A stretch of 64,000 bases of DNA from Podospora anserina (GCA_017654855.1 CM030334.1:3968001-4032000); one strand, 5' to 3'. Positions 1-12,894 are shown, counted from the stretch's first letter. Notes: generated by a model from the sequence alone, not told the origin. Made by a program: numbers and translations.

Positions 1-1298
1 CGCTGTGAGACTGCGCCCTGAAGAAGTCACAGCTCGGATATAAAAGTTGCGAATTTGCCCGTTACGTTGGCCGCTGCAGAGCTCGGCCTGGGTCCAGTAT
101 TCGGTCGCTCCCAGGGCGAGAGAAACAACACTCCCGCCGGTGCCGCCGTGGGCGAATATAGTGCCGTCTGTCAGTGTCAGTCCGACGCTATCAAGACGGG
201 ATCCTCCTCGGAAAGTGATGGTTGCCGTCTTTGGCTTGTTGGTCCCGGCAAGGACGGGGACATCGCTGAACCAGGTGCCGTGGGGACCGCCGAACAAGCT
301 GCTCTGACGAAGGGACGCTCCAGAGGACCAGGTGTAGTTGACAAGGACTGGGTTGTGATCTGTCAGGATGTTGCCGTCGGCCTGAAGGAACCGCAAAGTA
401 TCGTAGCGGACGTCGGTGGCCTGGAGGTTGAGGAGCGGGCTAGCCCGGTAAAAGACCTTGTCCACGATTTCACACAGGTCGTTGGCAGCGGGGTTGCCGC
501 ATGAGCTGGGGGACTGGGGAATGACGTTATTGTAGAGGAGCTCAACCCAGGCATCCTTGAGTCGGGGGCCGGAAGGATTCTCGCTGGCGAGCAAATCCCG
601 GATGCCCGTGTCGCCTGTCCGAGTGTAGCGGCTGTTGAAATCACCAGCCACAACGACAGCATTGCCCTTGCTCCACGTGGCAATGTAGTCAACCACCTGC
701 TTCACGTTGTCGTTTCGGGCAGTAAGATCACCAGGCTCGACACCGGCGTCGGCGTGGAGATTGTAGAAATCAACATAGGCCGCAGTGGAGCTGTCGGATG
801 AGATGGCCACACGCATGAAGGTGAAGCCTTTCGGCGTCAGACAATCGGACTGGCTCGCATCGGAGCATTTGTTCCACTTGATACGCCGAAAGTCAACCCA
901 GGGAAGGTAGGACACGGTGTTGAGACCCGAACCAAACGGAACACCGCCCGATGTGGCAGTCCTGTGCGGATGCGTGTTGGTCCGGTAGATGTGAGCGTGG
1001 TAGTTGAAGTCCTGTCACCAACGTGTCAATGCTCCGATTCGGGTGATGATCTTGAAACAAGGAGTCAGGGACCTACCTCTTGCAGCTGCACGACGTCGAT
1101 CCCATACTCGGAGAACTTTGCACCCATGGCCGCCGCGTTGGCTGCCTTGTCGCCGGGAACACCATTGTCGTTGAGGATGGCCGGGAGGCCGGCCACATTG
1201 ATGGTCAGGACGTCAAAGTTGCCCGACGTGGCCGCGAGGGCACCCTCTAGCAGCAACGCTGACGAGAACGCCGCGAGTCTTGATGTGGACAGCTTCAT
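1..1298 (-). CDS. Secreted endonuclease/exonuclease/phosphatase (EEP) family protein; 3' end runs off the window
   Basis: ATG at 1298 with a signal-peptide-like N-terminus (MKLSTSRLAAFSSALLL). Exon 1 (1298-1077) encodes 'LTINVAGLP...DVVQLQE'. GT-AG intron 1076-1012. Exon 2 continues DFNYHAHIY...TSGGVPFGSGLNT...CLTPKGFTFMR, typical of fungal secreted EEP proteins. Confidence 0.8.
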
Positions 1299-3909
1299 CT
1301 TGACAAGATGGTCAAACTCCAAAGGTAGGGTGCTGGGTTTGGCCGTGGAAGTCTACGTAACAAGCCACACGCAGAAAGACGCCCCCCCTTATACATCGAC
1401 AGCCATCGCCTCTCGTCCTCTTAACGACCGTCCTTGGCATGGCCAGTCTTACCTATTCGAGATATCTTTCGTACTACCCACCCTTTTGGTCGAGTTGGAA
1501 GTGTCTTTACACGTGTAACCGAGATGATTGACAGACGGCTCCCCGCCTTGAATTCGGCTCTTGCTCCTCGCTCGTCGGTGGAGGTTCCTGGTTTTGAGGA
1601 TGGGCGTCCGGCGCGATGTCACCTCAACCGGTGCCCCGCATGACGTTGCCCAGCCTTGACCGGATCGCGCGAGATGAGCGCGTGGACGAAGATTTTAAGA
1701 TCTGAATGCCGCGTGGGCCGATGTGGGGATGTCATTGGGTTTCCCAGAAGAGGGTCTGCTATCGGCTCTCGCGGCTCCGGCGGTGGGCCGGGTTCACGGC
1801 AGGTGCCGGAGCCCCCTGGACGGGCGAGGGTGGGGCCGTGTCGGCGTCAACCCGGCTCATCCTCTTCCAGAATCTGAGTCTCATCTTCTCGAACAATTCT
1901 TATGTTTCAGTCGTTGATCATTCTATTTTCTCGACATGTCCAGGATGAGCACTGGTTGGTTGTTAACTTGTTGAAACCAAACACGCACGTCATGGGCGGG
2001 ATGAGCATCAGACGAAAGATGTCTCATCCTTCTGCCCGTGTTCCGGGTCCAGTCCGATCACCAAGTCATTGAAGGTTTTGTGACGGGAGGTTTGTCACAT
2101 GACCGGGCTGCTTATGGCGATCTAGGAATAGATTACAGGTGTGTGGTATTGTGCTTCGGGGGGAGATCATACTGGTGATCAGTGTGTTTTGGTGTGGGAT
2201 GAAGCAATGGGATTGCACTGCGAAAGAGGCAAGCTGTTGCTATAGAACAACACCAGGCAGAGCCAAAGCCACAAAGCATCTGCCAACTGCCCTTTACCTG
2301 GCGTCAGACTTTAGCTCCTGTCACAGACCAGGTGCCTGCGGAATGGGAATTTTGCTGCGTGTGGCGGGGAGAGAGTGACATGGCTGTCCATAATGTGGTA
2401 GACCAACCATCACGCCACACCACACCCTCCCACGGCCAGAGAAAACGGGCCGGCTGAGTACCCGGTTCCCGTGGCTGCCATCCTCTACGAAAGAGGTGTG
2501 GCTGGTTAGGGAGACGGCCACTTTTACTTCAGGTTTGCCTGGTGGTTGACAAGTTGTTCAAGTCAGACAACGGGGTGTGTGGAATCGGGAAAATCAGTGC
2601 ATGTATCGGTAGCCCAGATTCCGATACTACAATCTAGGGTCTGGGTCCTTTTGGAACCCAGCCGTGTCCGAGACCATGTATATATATGCGCGCACAGACA
2701 TATCCCTCTCAACGCGGGAATGGGAAGAGGGAACTTTCCATCACCCAGGCCCAGACCCAGGCCGTGTTTAATTCGGGGGGTGAACTGGGGAAAAGGAGGG
2801 GTACACTAGGTGCCCCGATTCAGCTGCCAAAATGCACATTTTTCTGTGATTTGTGAAACAGTGGGAAAGAAAGAAGAAATACCTAAACCGACATGCATAT
2901 TCGTCAGCACAAATTGATGCCAGGCGGCTGATGACATTTGATCGATGGGGCGGTTTTGGTGGCCTTTGGCAGGATTGCATCGGAAGAGGGACATATCGTA
3001 CATGACCCGAGACATTTTCGGGGTGTGATGGTGAGAATCTGGTTCCCGACGCCATGGGATTTCACGAGATTGACGAGATTTGGTGGTTTAGTTGTCTTGG
3101 ATGACGGGCGTGGGAAACTCCGGGGCATTCTGGGTTGGGACAAAATAACGTAACTGGTACTAGGTAACTCGATAGTCGATACAGGAAAGCAGCCCGAACC
3201 ACACCTTCAGGAATGGTCGAGATGTATTGAAAGATGGTTTTATCAGACACTCACCTATTGCAGGACTGATACTGCTTCCACTTGAATCCAGAGAAATCAG
3301 CTTCGTGGCGGGTTATTGACACCATCTTCCAACTTTTCGAACATGGGCCGCATCAAGATTACGGTTATACAATCAAACTAGGTACCAAACTAGTTTATGT
3401 ACCTATATGACAGTGGAAGTTGAAGCTATGTTGTGCCCGTGAAGATTTTCACACCACCTAAGATCCAGTGCCCTCACTTTGATACAAGATAATTCTTCAA
3501 TCTCGACATCAACCACAGCTCAGAAGTAACCTGGAAAACAAATGGTCCCGGCATCCCAGCCAACCAGTGTTTCTTGAATTTCAACCCTTCATTGCATTTG
3601 GGGAGAGGCTACGAGGTATTTAACGCAGCAGAAGCACGCTCCTGAGCCAAAATATAAAGTTGGCAAAATTGTCGAGCACTGTCTATCAGCATGTAGGTAG
3701 GGCTGGGAACAACTAGCGCTCCTTTTCTGGATACTTCACACACCATCTTGAGTCACATGTCAGTAACAAACCCAGCCACAACCCTTGAGCGTATGTAAAT
3801 ATGTATGTATTGGCGTCCAAGATGCTTGCCATCCAGGCTCAAGTATTGACACGAAGTAACTAATCTATATACAGAGTCCCATCATCACAGCCATCTCGAT
3901 CCCGCATGC

Positions 3910-5001
3910 TTACAAGCACTGGGAGTACCAGTCGTTTCCGTACTTGCAGGTGTAGGGGGCAGCGCAAGTCTTGCAACCGCTGAAGCCAATGCCGTCGCAC
4001 TGGGCGTACTGGCCGGCGGTGCAACCGCTGGGGGTGGTCTGAACGGGTGCGGCAGAGCTGGTGCTGGTGGAGGAGACGCGGGTGGTGGAGGTGACGAGCG
4101 TGGTAGAGGAAACGGGGGCCGGGGTGGAGGTGCTGCTGACTCTGGTGCTTGTGCTGCTGGGGACACTGCTGCTGCTGCTGCTGCTGGAGGAGCCACCGTC
4201 ACCGGGGATGGGTTGGCCAGGACCGGCGACCGAGGTGGTCAAACTGCCGCTCTCAATATACACGCCGGACCAGTAAAAGTCCTCGTTGGAATCAGGGTAG
4301 CCGCTTCTCGGGAGCTCCAAGACACCAACATGCCAGTCGGCGCCGTTGGAGCTGGTGCTGGTCTTGACGGGGGCCACCTTTCTGGTCAGGGGGTCGCTGC
4401 CGGTAGAGTGCCAGAAACCGACGGTGCCGGCAGCAAAGTCGATCTCGTAGGCAACGTTGTGCCAGACATCAGCAGCCCACTCGACACTCCACTGGGTCTG
4501 GCCGCCAACGCACCACCTAAGCAGAGTGTCCGAGATGCCAGGGGCGCCCGAGAGCCAACCGGACTTGAGCTCGGTGAAGTGGCTTTCGAAGAAAGCGATC
4601 TGGTGCTCCCTGGTGGTGGCCGGGGCGTTGATGTCCTTTCTCATCAGGGAGAAGTGGTAGTAGACCTTGCCTTGGTTGATGGCAGCGGTGGTCTGGGGGA
4701 TCAGCTCGGTGCGGCGCATGTTCTGGCCGTTCCAGTAGGCCGTGTTATCGAGCGTGATCTTGGCTCCCTGCCTGGAACCAGTGTCGGCTGGGTTCTTGTA
4801 GTCGGGCGAGAGGTTGACATAGGCCGACACAGGAGAAGACCCGTGGATGTAGTACTGGTATGGGCCAACCTGGTTGCCCCAGGACCACTTGTTCAGATCG
4901 GCAGACGAGGTCATGTCGTTGAAGCGGCCATCCCACAGGATGGTGCCTGCCGAGACAGACAGCACCTGGGCGACGAGACCGGAGAGAACGTGGAACTTCA
5001 T
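3910..5001 (-). CDS. GH131 broad-specificity beta-glucanase with Ser/Thr linker and C-terminal CBM1 (PaGluc131A-like)
   Basis: Intronless 363-aa ORF with a signal peptide. GH131 motifs 'ILWDGRF', '[10 protein letters not shown]', '[12 protein letters not shown]', 'DWHVGVL'. S/T-rich linker, then CBM1 '[30 protein letters not shown]'. Confidence 0.93.
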   Translation of the reverse strand: MKFHVLSGLVAQVLSVSAGTILWDGRFNDMTSSADLNKWSWGNQVGPYQYYIHGSSPVSAYVNLSPDYKNPADTGSRQGAKITLDNTAYWNGQNMRRTELIPQTTAAINQGKVYYHFSLMRKDINAPATTREHQIAFFESHFTELKSGWLSGAPGISDTLLRWCVGGQTQWSVEWAADVWHNVAYEIDFAAGTVGFWHSTGSDPLTRKVAPVKTSTSSNGADWHVGVLELPRSGYPDSNEDFYWSGVYIESGSLTTSVAGPGQPIPGDGGSSSSSSSSSVPSSTSTRVSSTSTPAPVSSTTLVTSTTRVSSTSTSSAAPVQTTPSGCTAGQYAQCDGIGFSGCKTCAAPYTCKYGNDWYSQCL

Positions 5002-6249
5002 GGTGGCAGCAGGGAAGGGTTGACGGCAGAGATGATGACCAGAGGTGCCGAGAAAGATCCTCTGGTCAAGAGTGACGACAGTGTGGTCGTTGGCATTTTA
5101 TATGAGAGGCTCTTGTGTGCATGAGGTGCTGGATCAACGGCCCGCTCGGCGGTGCAGGACGGAGGCGGCATCAAGGTCAGAGTTGCACTCTCGGAGGGTG
5201 GTGCTGGAGGTTTCCTGTTCGGTCGTAGTCTCGCAGTGGGGGAGGGCCTCGGAGGTCCCAACAGTGGGGAGTGGTGCATGGCGCCCGGCTTTGCTCCCGA
5301 TGCCAATGTTGATTTGCACCAATCACAGCGGCCCATAACACGCTGGCCGGGCTGGCCAAGAGATCGCCAGGCAAAGCTTGGAGGGCTTGGATGGGCTTGG
5401 AGAGCTTGTCTCGTCGACCTTCCACCTCCCCCGTCACTCTGGATGTCGAGGTTCCGTCTGTCGCATGCTGGATATATTAAGGGCCCACAGATTTCCGGAT
5501 CTCACCACCATCTGTTCCTGGTTCTGCGGCCACTTTCTACTTTGCCTGAAGTCGGATGATTCCACCTCTCCACGCGCCTGGTCACTGGAACTCTACTTTC
5601 ATATGGGTTAGGGTTGGACATGGCAGTGAGGAAGACAACAGGTGTTATTGACGTTTATTACTCCATAAACAGAGAAAGCACTGCTGGGGCGGCCAAATCG
5701 GGCGGAAAGTGTCGCCGTTTTGGCAGGCACAAGCAGTGCGGGGAGTCCAGCGACAAAAGGTCGCGGGGCAGGTGCTATATACCTGTGCTGGTCCCCGCGC
5801 CTGGATCCCCCGCACGTGCCAACAGACAGGGCCCTGTTTTGGTCCCCCTCTCTCTCGTCTCGGGCTGTTGACCCGCAAGCTAAACCACCTTCGAACTAAC
5901 TTCCCTAACCGTCAAAATATCATCGTTTGCCATGGCGACGCTGTGCCTCTAATACCCCCTCACCTGCTTGGCTTTGCACTTTCCACTCCCAACACAACAG
6001 AGCCCTGTGAGTGACCTGGTGCGGTGCAGCTGCATACACCATCACTCACCAGCCCTATTGGCCTCACAAGCTGCGCCTAGCTACAGGGGTCTTTTTCAGC
6101 TGCTGAGGCCTCACCGCACGCAAAGATGTTGCGTTGTCCCACCTCGCCAGTGATGGCAATCCATCGCCGTCCCGACTCATCGATCGGAGAAGTCATCTCG
6201 CTGATACCATCATATCGCACAACAAGGATAAGGTGGCCTCTCGGTGAAG

Positions 6250-9200
6250 ATGGGGCCTAGTTTGTTTGTGAAAGTGAAATCCAAGGGCAGAAAGTGGTTG
6301 CAGGCCGCTCCCCGGGAATCCTCGACTCCTTCGCCACAAACACTTTTGCCAACATCATCTCGGCCTGCATCCCAACTAGATACTCGACCAACATCTCAGC
6401 CAACGTCTTCTCCACCTACCTCGACGGATACCAATACCTCATCGCTACCGAGCCTACAAGAGCGACTTTGGAATGAGGCCTACGATGGGGTCAAAGCGAG
6501 CGAACCCAAACTGGTCGGGGCGTACGAGAAGATCTTATCAACTGAACTGCATGGAGACGACCCAAGCTCTGTTATTCCCGAATCAACAGACAACGAGATA
6601 GGAGAGACCCCGGGGACACGAAGCGGCCAAATGCAACAGCTGGTTCAGGCTGGACTGGATCGGACGCAGAAGCAAGCGTCCATCAAGCGAGGCATCGACG
6701 AAGGCTTGCAAGCAGTGCAAGAAGTCAAGAGAGTAGTAGACAAGGCGATGCATGCCGCTCCCGAAGCCGCCGTCGCCTGGGTCGGCGTCTGCCTCGGACT
6801 AGAGGTGTGTGTGATCAGCTTTTCCAACTGAAGAGAGAACGGTGGATGATCCCATGCTGACAGTCGATAGATCCTTTCGAACCCCGTAACCGAGGCACGG
6901 GACAACCGCAAAGGCATCGTCTACGTCCTGTTGAGAATAGAGTGGTACTGGAACTTGGTGTCCCTGCTTCTCGACGAGAACAAGGCCGAGCAATCTTCTG
7001 CGGGACTGCGAGCCCAATTAGAGAAGCATGTCGTGCAGCTCTACGAGAAACTCCTCGCGTATCAGATCAAGAGTGTCTGCCTCTACCACCGCAACTGGGC
7101 AGCCGTCATCGGAAGGGATCTGTGGAAAATCGATGACTGGGCTGGCCAGCTCAACGAGATCAAGGAAGCCGAGGCTGCCGTGCAAAGAGACATGGATCAA
7201 TACAACAGCGAGGACAGCAAGATACAGCTTCGGAAACTCATCGACGTCGCAGGTGCTCTAGAGAAGCAACAGGAGAAGAGGCACCAGGACGACGGGGACA
7301 AGCAATGCCTGAGAGACCTGCTCGAGACTGACCCTCGCGACGACAAGACGCGCATCGAAGACACGAAGGGCGGCCTGCTTAGGGACTCGTACCGCTGGAT
7401 TCTTGACCACGCCGACTTCCAGCGATTTCGCGACGATCCGCAGAGCCGGCTGCTCTGGATCAAGGGTGACCCTGGTAAAGGCAAGACCATGCTCCTATGC
7501 GGCATCATCGACGAGCTAAAGAAGGGACCCAACAGTCTCTTGTCCTATTTCTTCTGTCAGGCCACTGAGGCTCAACTGAGCAATGCGGCGTCTGTGCTAC
7601 GTGGCCTCATCTACCTCCTCATCCTCCAGCAACCATCGCTTATTTCGCACGTCCGGTCAAAGCACGATGTTGCGGGCGAGAAACTCTTCCAGGGCATCAA
7701 TGTCTGGGTGTCTCTGGTTGAGATATTCACGGACATGCTGAAGGACCCGACCTTGAAAGACGCAGTCTTGATCATTGACGCCCTTGACGAGTGCACTACC
7801 GATCGGCCCAAGCTTCTTGACTTCATCATTCAATCGTTGACGATATCTTCATCCCCGGTCAAGTGGATCGTGTCTAGTCGCAACTGGCAGGACATTGAGG
7901 AGAAACTCGACCGTATAGAACAGAAGGTCAGGCTTCAACTCGAGCTAAACCAAGACTCCATCTCTAAGGCTGTCGACACATATATTGAGTGCAAGGTGGA
8001 GGAGCTGGCAGGTCTTAAGAACTACGATAAGAAAACAAGGGACGCCGTTAAGAACCGCTTAACCTCCAATGCTGACGGCACCTTTCTCTGGGTGGCCTTG
8101 GTTTGTAAAGAGCTCGCAGACCCCAAGGCCCGAAAGCGGCATACGCTCTCTAGGTTGCATTCTTTCCCCCCTGGGCTGGATTCTCTATATGGCCGAATGA
8201 TAGAGCATATCCGTGATTCGGAGGATGCTGACCTTTGCAAGGAGGTTCTGGCTATTGCCTCGGTAGTGTATCGACCTGTCACCTTGGATGAACTGAAGGT
8301 TCTTGCTGAGTCACTTGAGGATATTGACCCGGACGACCTGAAAGACATTATTGGCTCCTGTGGCTCTTTCTTGACCCTTCGGGAGAGCGTTGTTTACTTT
8401 GTGCATCAGTCGGCGAAGGATTACCTACTCAGCAAGGCATCCTGCCACATCTTGCCTTCTGGCACCGCGCACCAGCACCATACCCTTTTCTCGAGGTCGC
8501 TAGCGGCTCTGTCAGAGGCCCTGCGACGCGATATTTACGGCCTAAGCACCCCGGGATTCTCCATCGATCAGGTCTCGCTGCCCAATCCCGACCCATTGTC
8601 TTGGATCCGATATTCATGCATCTATTGGGTCGATCATCTCGTCGACTCCAATCCCACAAGCAGCCATAAGGATCTTCAGGATAGCAGCGTTATTCATGGA
8701 TTCATCCAAAAGAAATACCTGTATTGGCTAGAATCTCTCAGCCTCTTACGCAGCATGTCGGAGGGAGTCCAGGCGGTGTACAAACTCGAGGCTTTGGTGG
8801 TGAGTTAATGTGGGCATACACCAGAGACGACCTAACATGTTTATAGAGAAACACGCGATCACAAAAACTGGCAGAACTACTTCGAGACGCGCGCCGGTTT
8901 TTCCTTTCTCACAAACGGCCGATCGAGATTGCTCCATTGCAGACCTATGCGTCGGCACTCGTGTTCAGCCCCGAACGCAGCCTCATTAGAGAACTCTTCA
9001 AGAAGGAAGAGCCAAATTGGATGATACTGAAACCAAGAATGGAAGCGGATTGGAACGCCTGCGTGCAGACGCTCGAGGGCCATGGCGGTTCGGTGATGTC
9101 GGTGGTGTTCTCGGCGGATGGCCAGCGTCTCGCATCGGGCTCGGGCGACGAGACGGTCAAGATCTGGGACGCGGCCACGGGCGCGTGCGTGCAGACGCTC

Positions 9201-10649
9201 GAGGGCCATGGCGGTTCGGTGATGTCGGTGGTGTTCTCGGCGGATGGCCAGCGTCTCGCGTCGGGCTCGCACGACAAGACGGTCAAGATCTGGGACGCGG
9301 CCACGGGCGCGTGCGTGCAGACGCTCGAGGGCCATGGCGGTTGGGTGAGCTCGGTGGTGTTCTCGGCGGATGGCCAGCGTCTCGCATCGGGCTCGGACGA
9401 CAGGACGGTCAAGATCTGGGACGCGGCCACGGGCGCGTGCGTGCAGACGCTCGAGGGCCATGGCGGTTGGGTGAGCTCGGTGGTGTTCTCGGCGGATGGC
9501 CAGCGTCTCGCATCGGGCTCGGACGACAGGACGGTCAAGATCTGGGACGCGGCCACGGGCGCGTGCGTGCAGACGCTCGAGGGCCATGGCGGTTGGGTGA
9601 GCTCGGTGGTGTTCTCGGCGGATGGCCAGCGTCTCGCATCGGGCTCGGACGACAGGACGGTCAAGATCTGGGACGCGGCCACGGGCGCGTGCGTGCAGAC
9701 GCTCGAGGGCCATGGCAGTTTGGTGATGTCGGTGGTGTTCTCGGCGGATGGCCAGCGTCTCGCATCGGGCTCGGGCGACGAGACGGTCAAGATCTGGGAC
9801 GCGGCCACGGGCGCGTGCGTGCAGACGCTCGAGGGCCATGGCGGTTTGGTGAGCTCGGTGGTGTTCTCGGCGGATGGCCAGCGTCTCGCGTCGGGCTCGG
9901 GCGACAAGACGGTCAAGATCTGGGACGCGGCCACGGGCGCGTGCGTGCAGACGCTCGAGGGCCATGGCGGTTGGGTGAGGTCGGTGGTGTTCTCGGCGGA
10001 TGGCCAGCGTCTCGCGTCGGGCTCGGGCGACAAGACGGTCAAGATCTGGGACGCGGCCACGGGCGCGTGCGTGCAGACGCTCGAGGGCCATGGCGGTTGG
10101 GTGAGCTCGGTGGTGTTCTCGGCGGATGGCCAGCGTCTCGCATCGGGCTCGGACGACAGGACGGTCAAGATCTGGGACGCGGCCACGGGCGCGTGCGTGC
10201 AGACGCTCGAGGGCCATGGCGGTTGGGTGAGCTCGGTGGTGTTCTCGGCGGATGGCCAGCGTCTCGCATCGGGCTCGGGCGACGAGACGGTCAAGATCTG
10301 GGACGCGGCCACGGGCGAGTGCGTGCATACACTGGACGTTGGGAGAATATTATATCGTTTTTCATTCGATCCAACGACAAACTCTCTCCTCTCTACGGAC
10401 ATTGGACTTCTAAACCTGGATCACCCGGCTCTACAGCCTGCCGTTGATGATCAGTCGACTGCAATAACCTTACGGGGTGTTCGCCATTCTGGCTGGGGTA
10501 TAAGCACCGACGGTGTATGGATTGTTAAAGATGGAAAGGAGATGCTTTGGCTACCTCCGGACTATCGAGTGGGGGAATACGCTGTTGTCGGATCAACGGT
10601 CGCTATCGGGTGTCGTTCAGGTCGTGTACTAGTGATGAAGTTCTCTTAG
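6250..10649 (+). CDS. nwd1: Fungal NLR (STAND) of the NWD family: NACHT_N domain, NACHT NTPase, 10 highly conserved WD40 repeats; probably nwd1
   Basis: Three exons (6250-6804, 6871-8799, 8847-10649) joined in frame by GT-AG introns with CTGAC/CTAAC branch sites. 'LWNEAYD' N-terminal domain, Walker A GDPGKGKT, Walker B LIIDALDEC, WD repeats 'QTLEGH...VVFSADGQRLASGS.D.TVKIWDAATG'. No HET domain. The symbol is from recall of the Podospora NWD family and is less certain than the architecture. Confidence 0.9.
9060..10319 (+). repeat. Tandem array of ten 126-bp WD40-coding units with very high internal identity
   Basis: Units start at 9060, 9186, 9312, 9438, 9564, 9690, 9816, 9942, 10068 and 10194. 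Units 3, 4, 5 and 9 appear identical. Differences are confined to a few codons. Confidence 0.97.
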
Positions 10650-11739
10650 AGTGGAGGCAGGCATAATTATCTTTTTGGTCACAAGCAGCCCTTTTTAGTT
10701 CTCAGTAGTGACCTACGAAATTGGTTCTGTTTGATTTGGAAGCAGGAATCCCGGCCAGCAACTATTTCCTACCTTGGCTGGCTAGCCCTGTATTTATCGA
10801 GCTTCAGATGTGCTATTAGAAAAGACCAGCATCATTTCTTTCTCTTTAATTCCCTTTTAACTTTGTTCTCGGAGGGTCGTAGGGGCCGAGCAAAATTTAT
10901 AGTAGAGTGGACTGCGGCGTTCTTGCCTTCCAGACCTAACGAGAACTGTCTAGTACCAGGAATCATGTGATCCACGGCCCCTTCACATCGAAAAACACTG
11001 GCCAGTCTGTAGATGAAGTTTCTGTTTGCTTAATGCTTTCTTTTGAGATAGAGGCTGGTGGCTGCAGATAGATACATCTTGCATGTTGGATGGCCCTTGT
11101 TTTCTGGCTGTCCGGGGCTCCTCTTTCGGTCGCAAGTGGAGGCCGGCTCGGCCATCGAATGTACCCACAATTCCCGATGGCCGATTGTGACCTTCGAGTC
11201 CTTGTATGACATGCTTAGAGGACTTTTATCCACTATTACGTCGATAGACATTCCATTTAGTTAATTCTCTATTTTACACCAAGACTAAAGCGACAGCAGA
11301 AAGGCCTTCCTTGGCTCTTAGATAGTTCTGGTTGCTCAACCATGGCAAAAAGCTCAGAGTTCGTGGCCAGACCCACATGACCGCTATACGGGTTTCTGCC
11401 TCGGTGCGAGTTCCAAGGCGCCCGGCAGTCCCGGCTTTCGGTCCCGCTCCGGCTCGCTGTTGACCACAATCGACCCCTCACGTGCTGCACGATTAGCAAG
11501 CTACTCGTTAAGCAGCACCAACGGACTCTAACTGCGGACAAGCAAGTGCCATCCACCCGGGGTTAAATAAGCAGTGGATAACCCGCCGCGAAATGCTATC
11601 CCTAAGGAAGCGTTCCTACGCGAGCATTGGCAAATGTTCAAGCTGAACGACAAAACAAGGCTACTATTCATATCTTAACATTGAATTATCTAACTCTCTT
11701 CCCGAAAACTGTTGACTTGAGCTGCTATACTTGACCGGC

Positions 11740-12420
11740 TTAACCCCTGAGTCTGGTCGAGTACCGGACTTGGATCGTGCCCTGAGAACGGTGCGGAAGG
11801 GCGTGCTGGATAGTGGCCCAATAATCGCCATCTTGTTTCATCCTGCGCACAGTTTCATCCTCTTCTGGCGTCCATCTTGCGCCGGGCGATTTTGCAACTG
11901 AAGGCAAAGTCTTAGACGGCCTTCTGCGCTTCTTTGGGTTCGACACAGATCTGCCAGCATGCGGCTGACATAAATCGGAGTCCCAGTCAAGCTGTAATTG
12001 AAATGTCGCCTTGCCGCCCTCAGTGATGGGTTTGAGAAAAACGTCTCCGAGAGGCCATTCCTCGAACCGAGCAAGAATCATGTTAGCCTCGGACGGAGCT
12101 GGTGTTGCTTGTGGCGGTGTTGGGCTGTCAATGGCGCGTCCAGGCGTTCGGGTCACGCTCGGCAACTGTGCGGCATGTGTTGTCGACCGTCTTTGGCGAG
12201 AGCTCCGAGAGCCCCGAGAACTGGCGGCGGTACTGTGGACTGAGACTTTGCGGCGCTTGCGACCTTGGTGTACACCATCGGCATCATCGTCTTCCGAACC
12301 GGAATCCTCACTGTCCGCGAGTGAAGGAGAGTTCTCATCTTGGTAGTGAGATTCTGACCCATCAAGGCCGTCCTCACTCTCTGAAACCTCACTATCTGCG
12401 TAACCGTCCTTGGACTGCAT
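11740..12420 (-). CDS. Myb/SANT-like domain protein; 5' end uncertain, possibly a fragment
   Basis: Acidic low-complexity N-part, basic RKRRK patch, 'FEEWPLGDVFLK...FQLQLDW' block. C-terminal Myb-like 'WTPEEDETVRRMKQDGDYWATIQHALPHRSQGTIQVRYSTRL'. Confidence 0.65.
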   Translation of the reverse strand: MQSKDGYADSEVSESEDGLDGSESHYQDENSPSLADSEDSGSEDDDADGVHQGRKRRKVSVHSTAASSRGSRSSRQRRSTTHAAQLPSVTRTPGRAIDSPTPPQATPAPSEANMILARFEEWPLGDVFLKPITEGGKATFQLQLDWDSDLCQPHAGRSVSNPKKRRRPSKTLPSVAKSPGARWTPEEDETVRRMKQDGDYWATIQHALPHRSQGTIQVRYSTRLRG

Positions 12421-12894
12421 CGCTTTATGTATTTGCAAGGATATACGACGGGAAGACGAGGAGACGGGGACGGGGACGATACTAGGGCTTCAGATGGCGA
12501 TTCGAATCCAGCCTTCGCCGCTAAGCCGGAGGCAGCAGCAGCGAGTCCGCGATTACAAACAAAATGGGCATCGGTACAAGCAGCGCTTAAACTCCATTCA
12601 GAGCACCACCCATGACGACTTTTCCTGTCGCTTCCTTTTTCCATTTTCTGTCTCCTTTTCCTTGAACCTCTCTTCCGAAAGTCAGATAACACAACCCAAC
12701 ACCGCAACTCCATACTCCTCACAGACCGAACTCCTACACCAAACTCAAGATACCGTTCACACAGTCTTCAACAATCATCTTTGACTTAACAACAATCATC
12801 TTTCTCTTCGTCGATGAACTTGGCCGACAGAGACGGCGAAATGACGGCGCACATCTGGGTCTTGATGATCATCTCCCATGGCCGGTACCTTACC

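Noticed and set aside
5605-5615. Telomere-like GGGTTAGGGTT
   Set aside because: Under two repeat units; expected by chance.
9060-10319. CRISPR-like or satellite interpretation of the tandem array
   Set aside because: No unique spacers; the units are protein-coding WD40 repeats in a eukaryotic gene.
8877-10447. Three long alternative-frame ORFs (476-485 aa) over the WD40 array
   Set aside because: By-products of a 126-bp in-frame repeat lacking TA dinucleotides; no independent gene signals.
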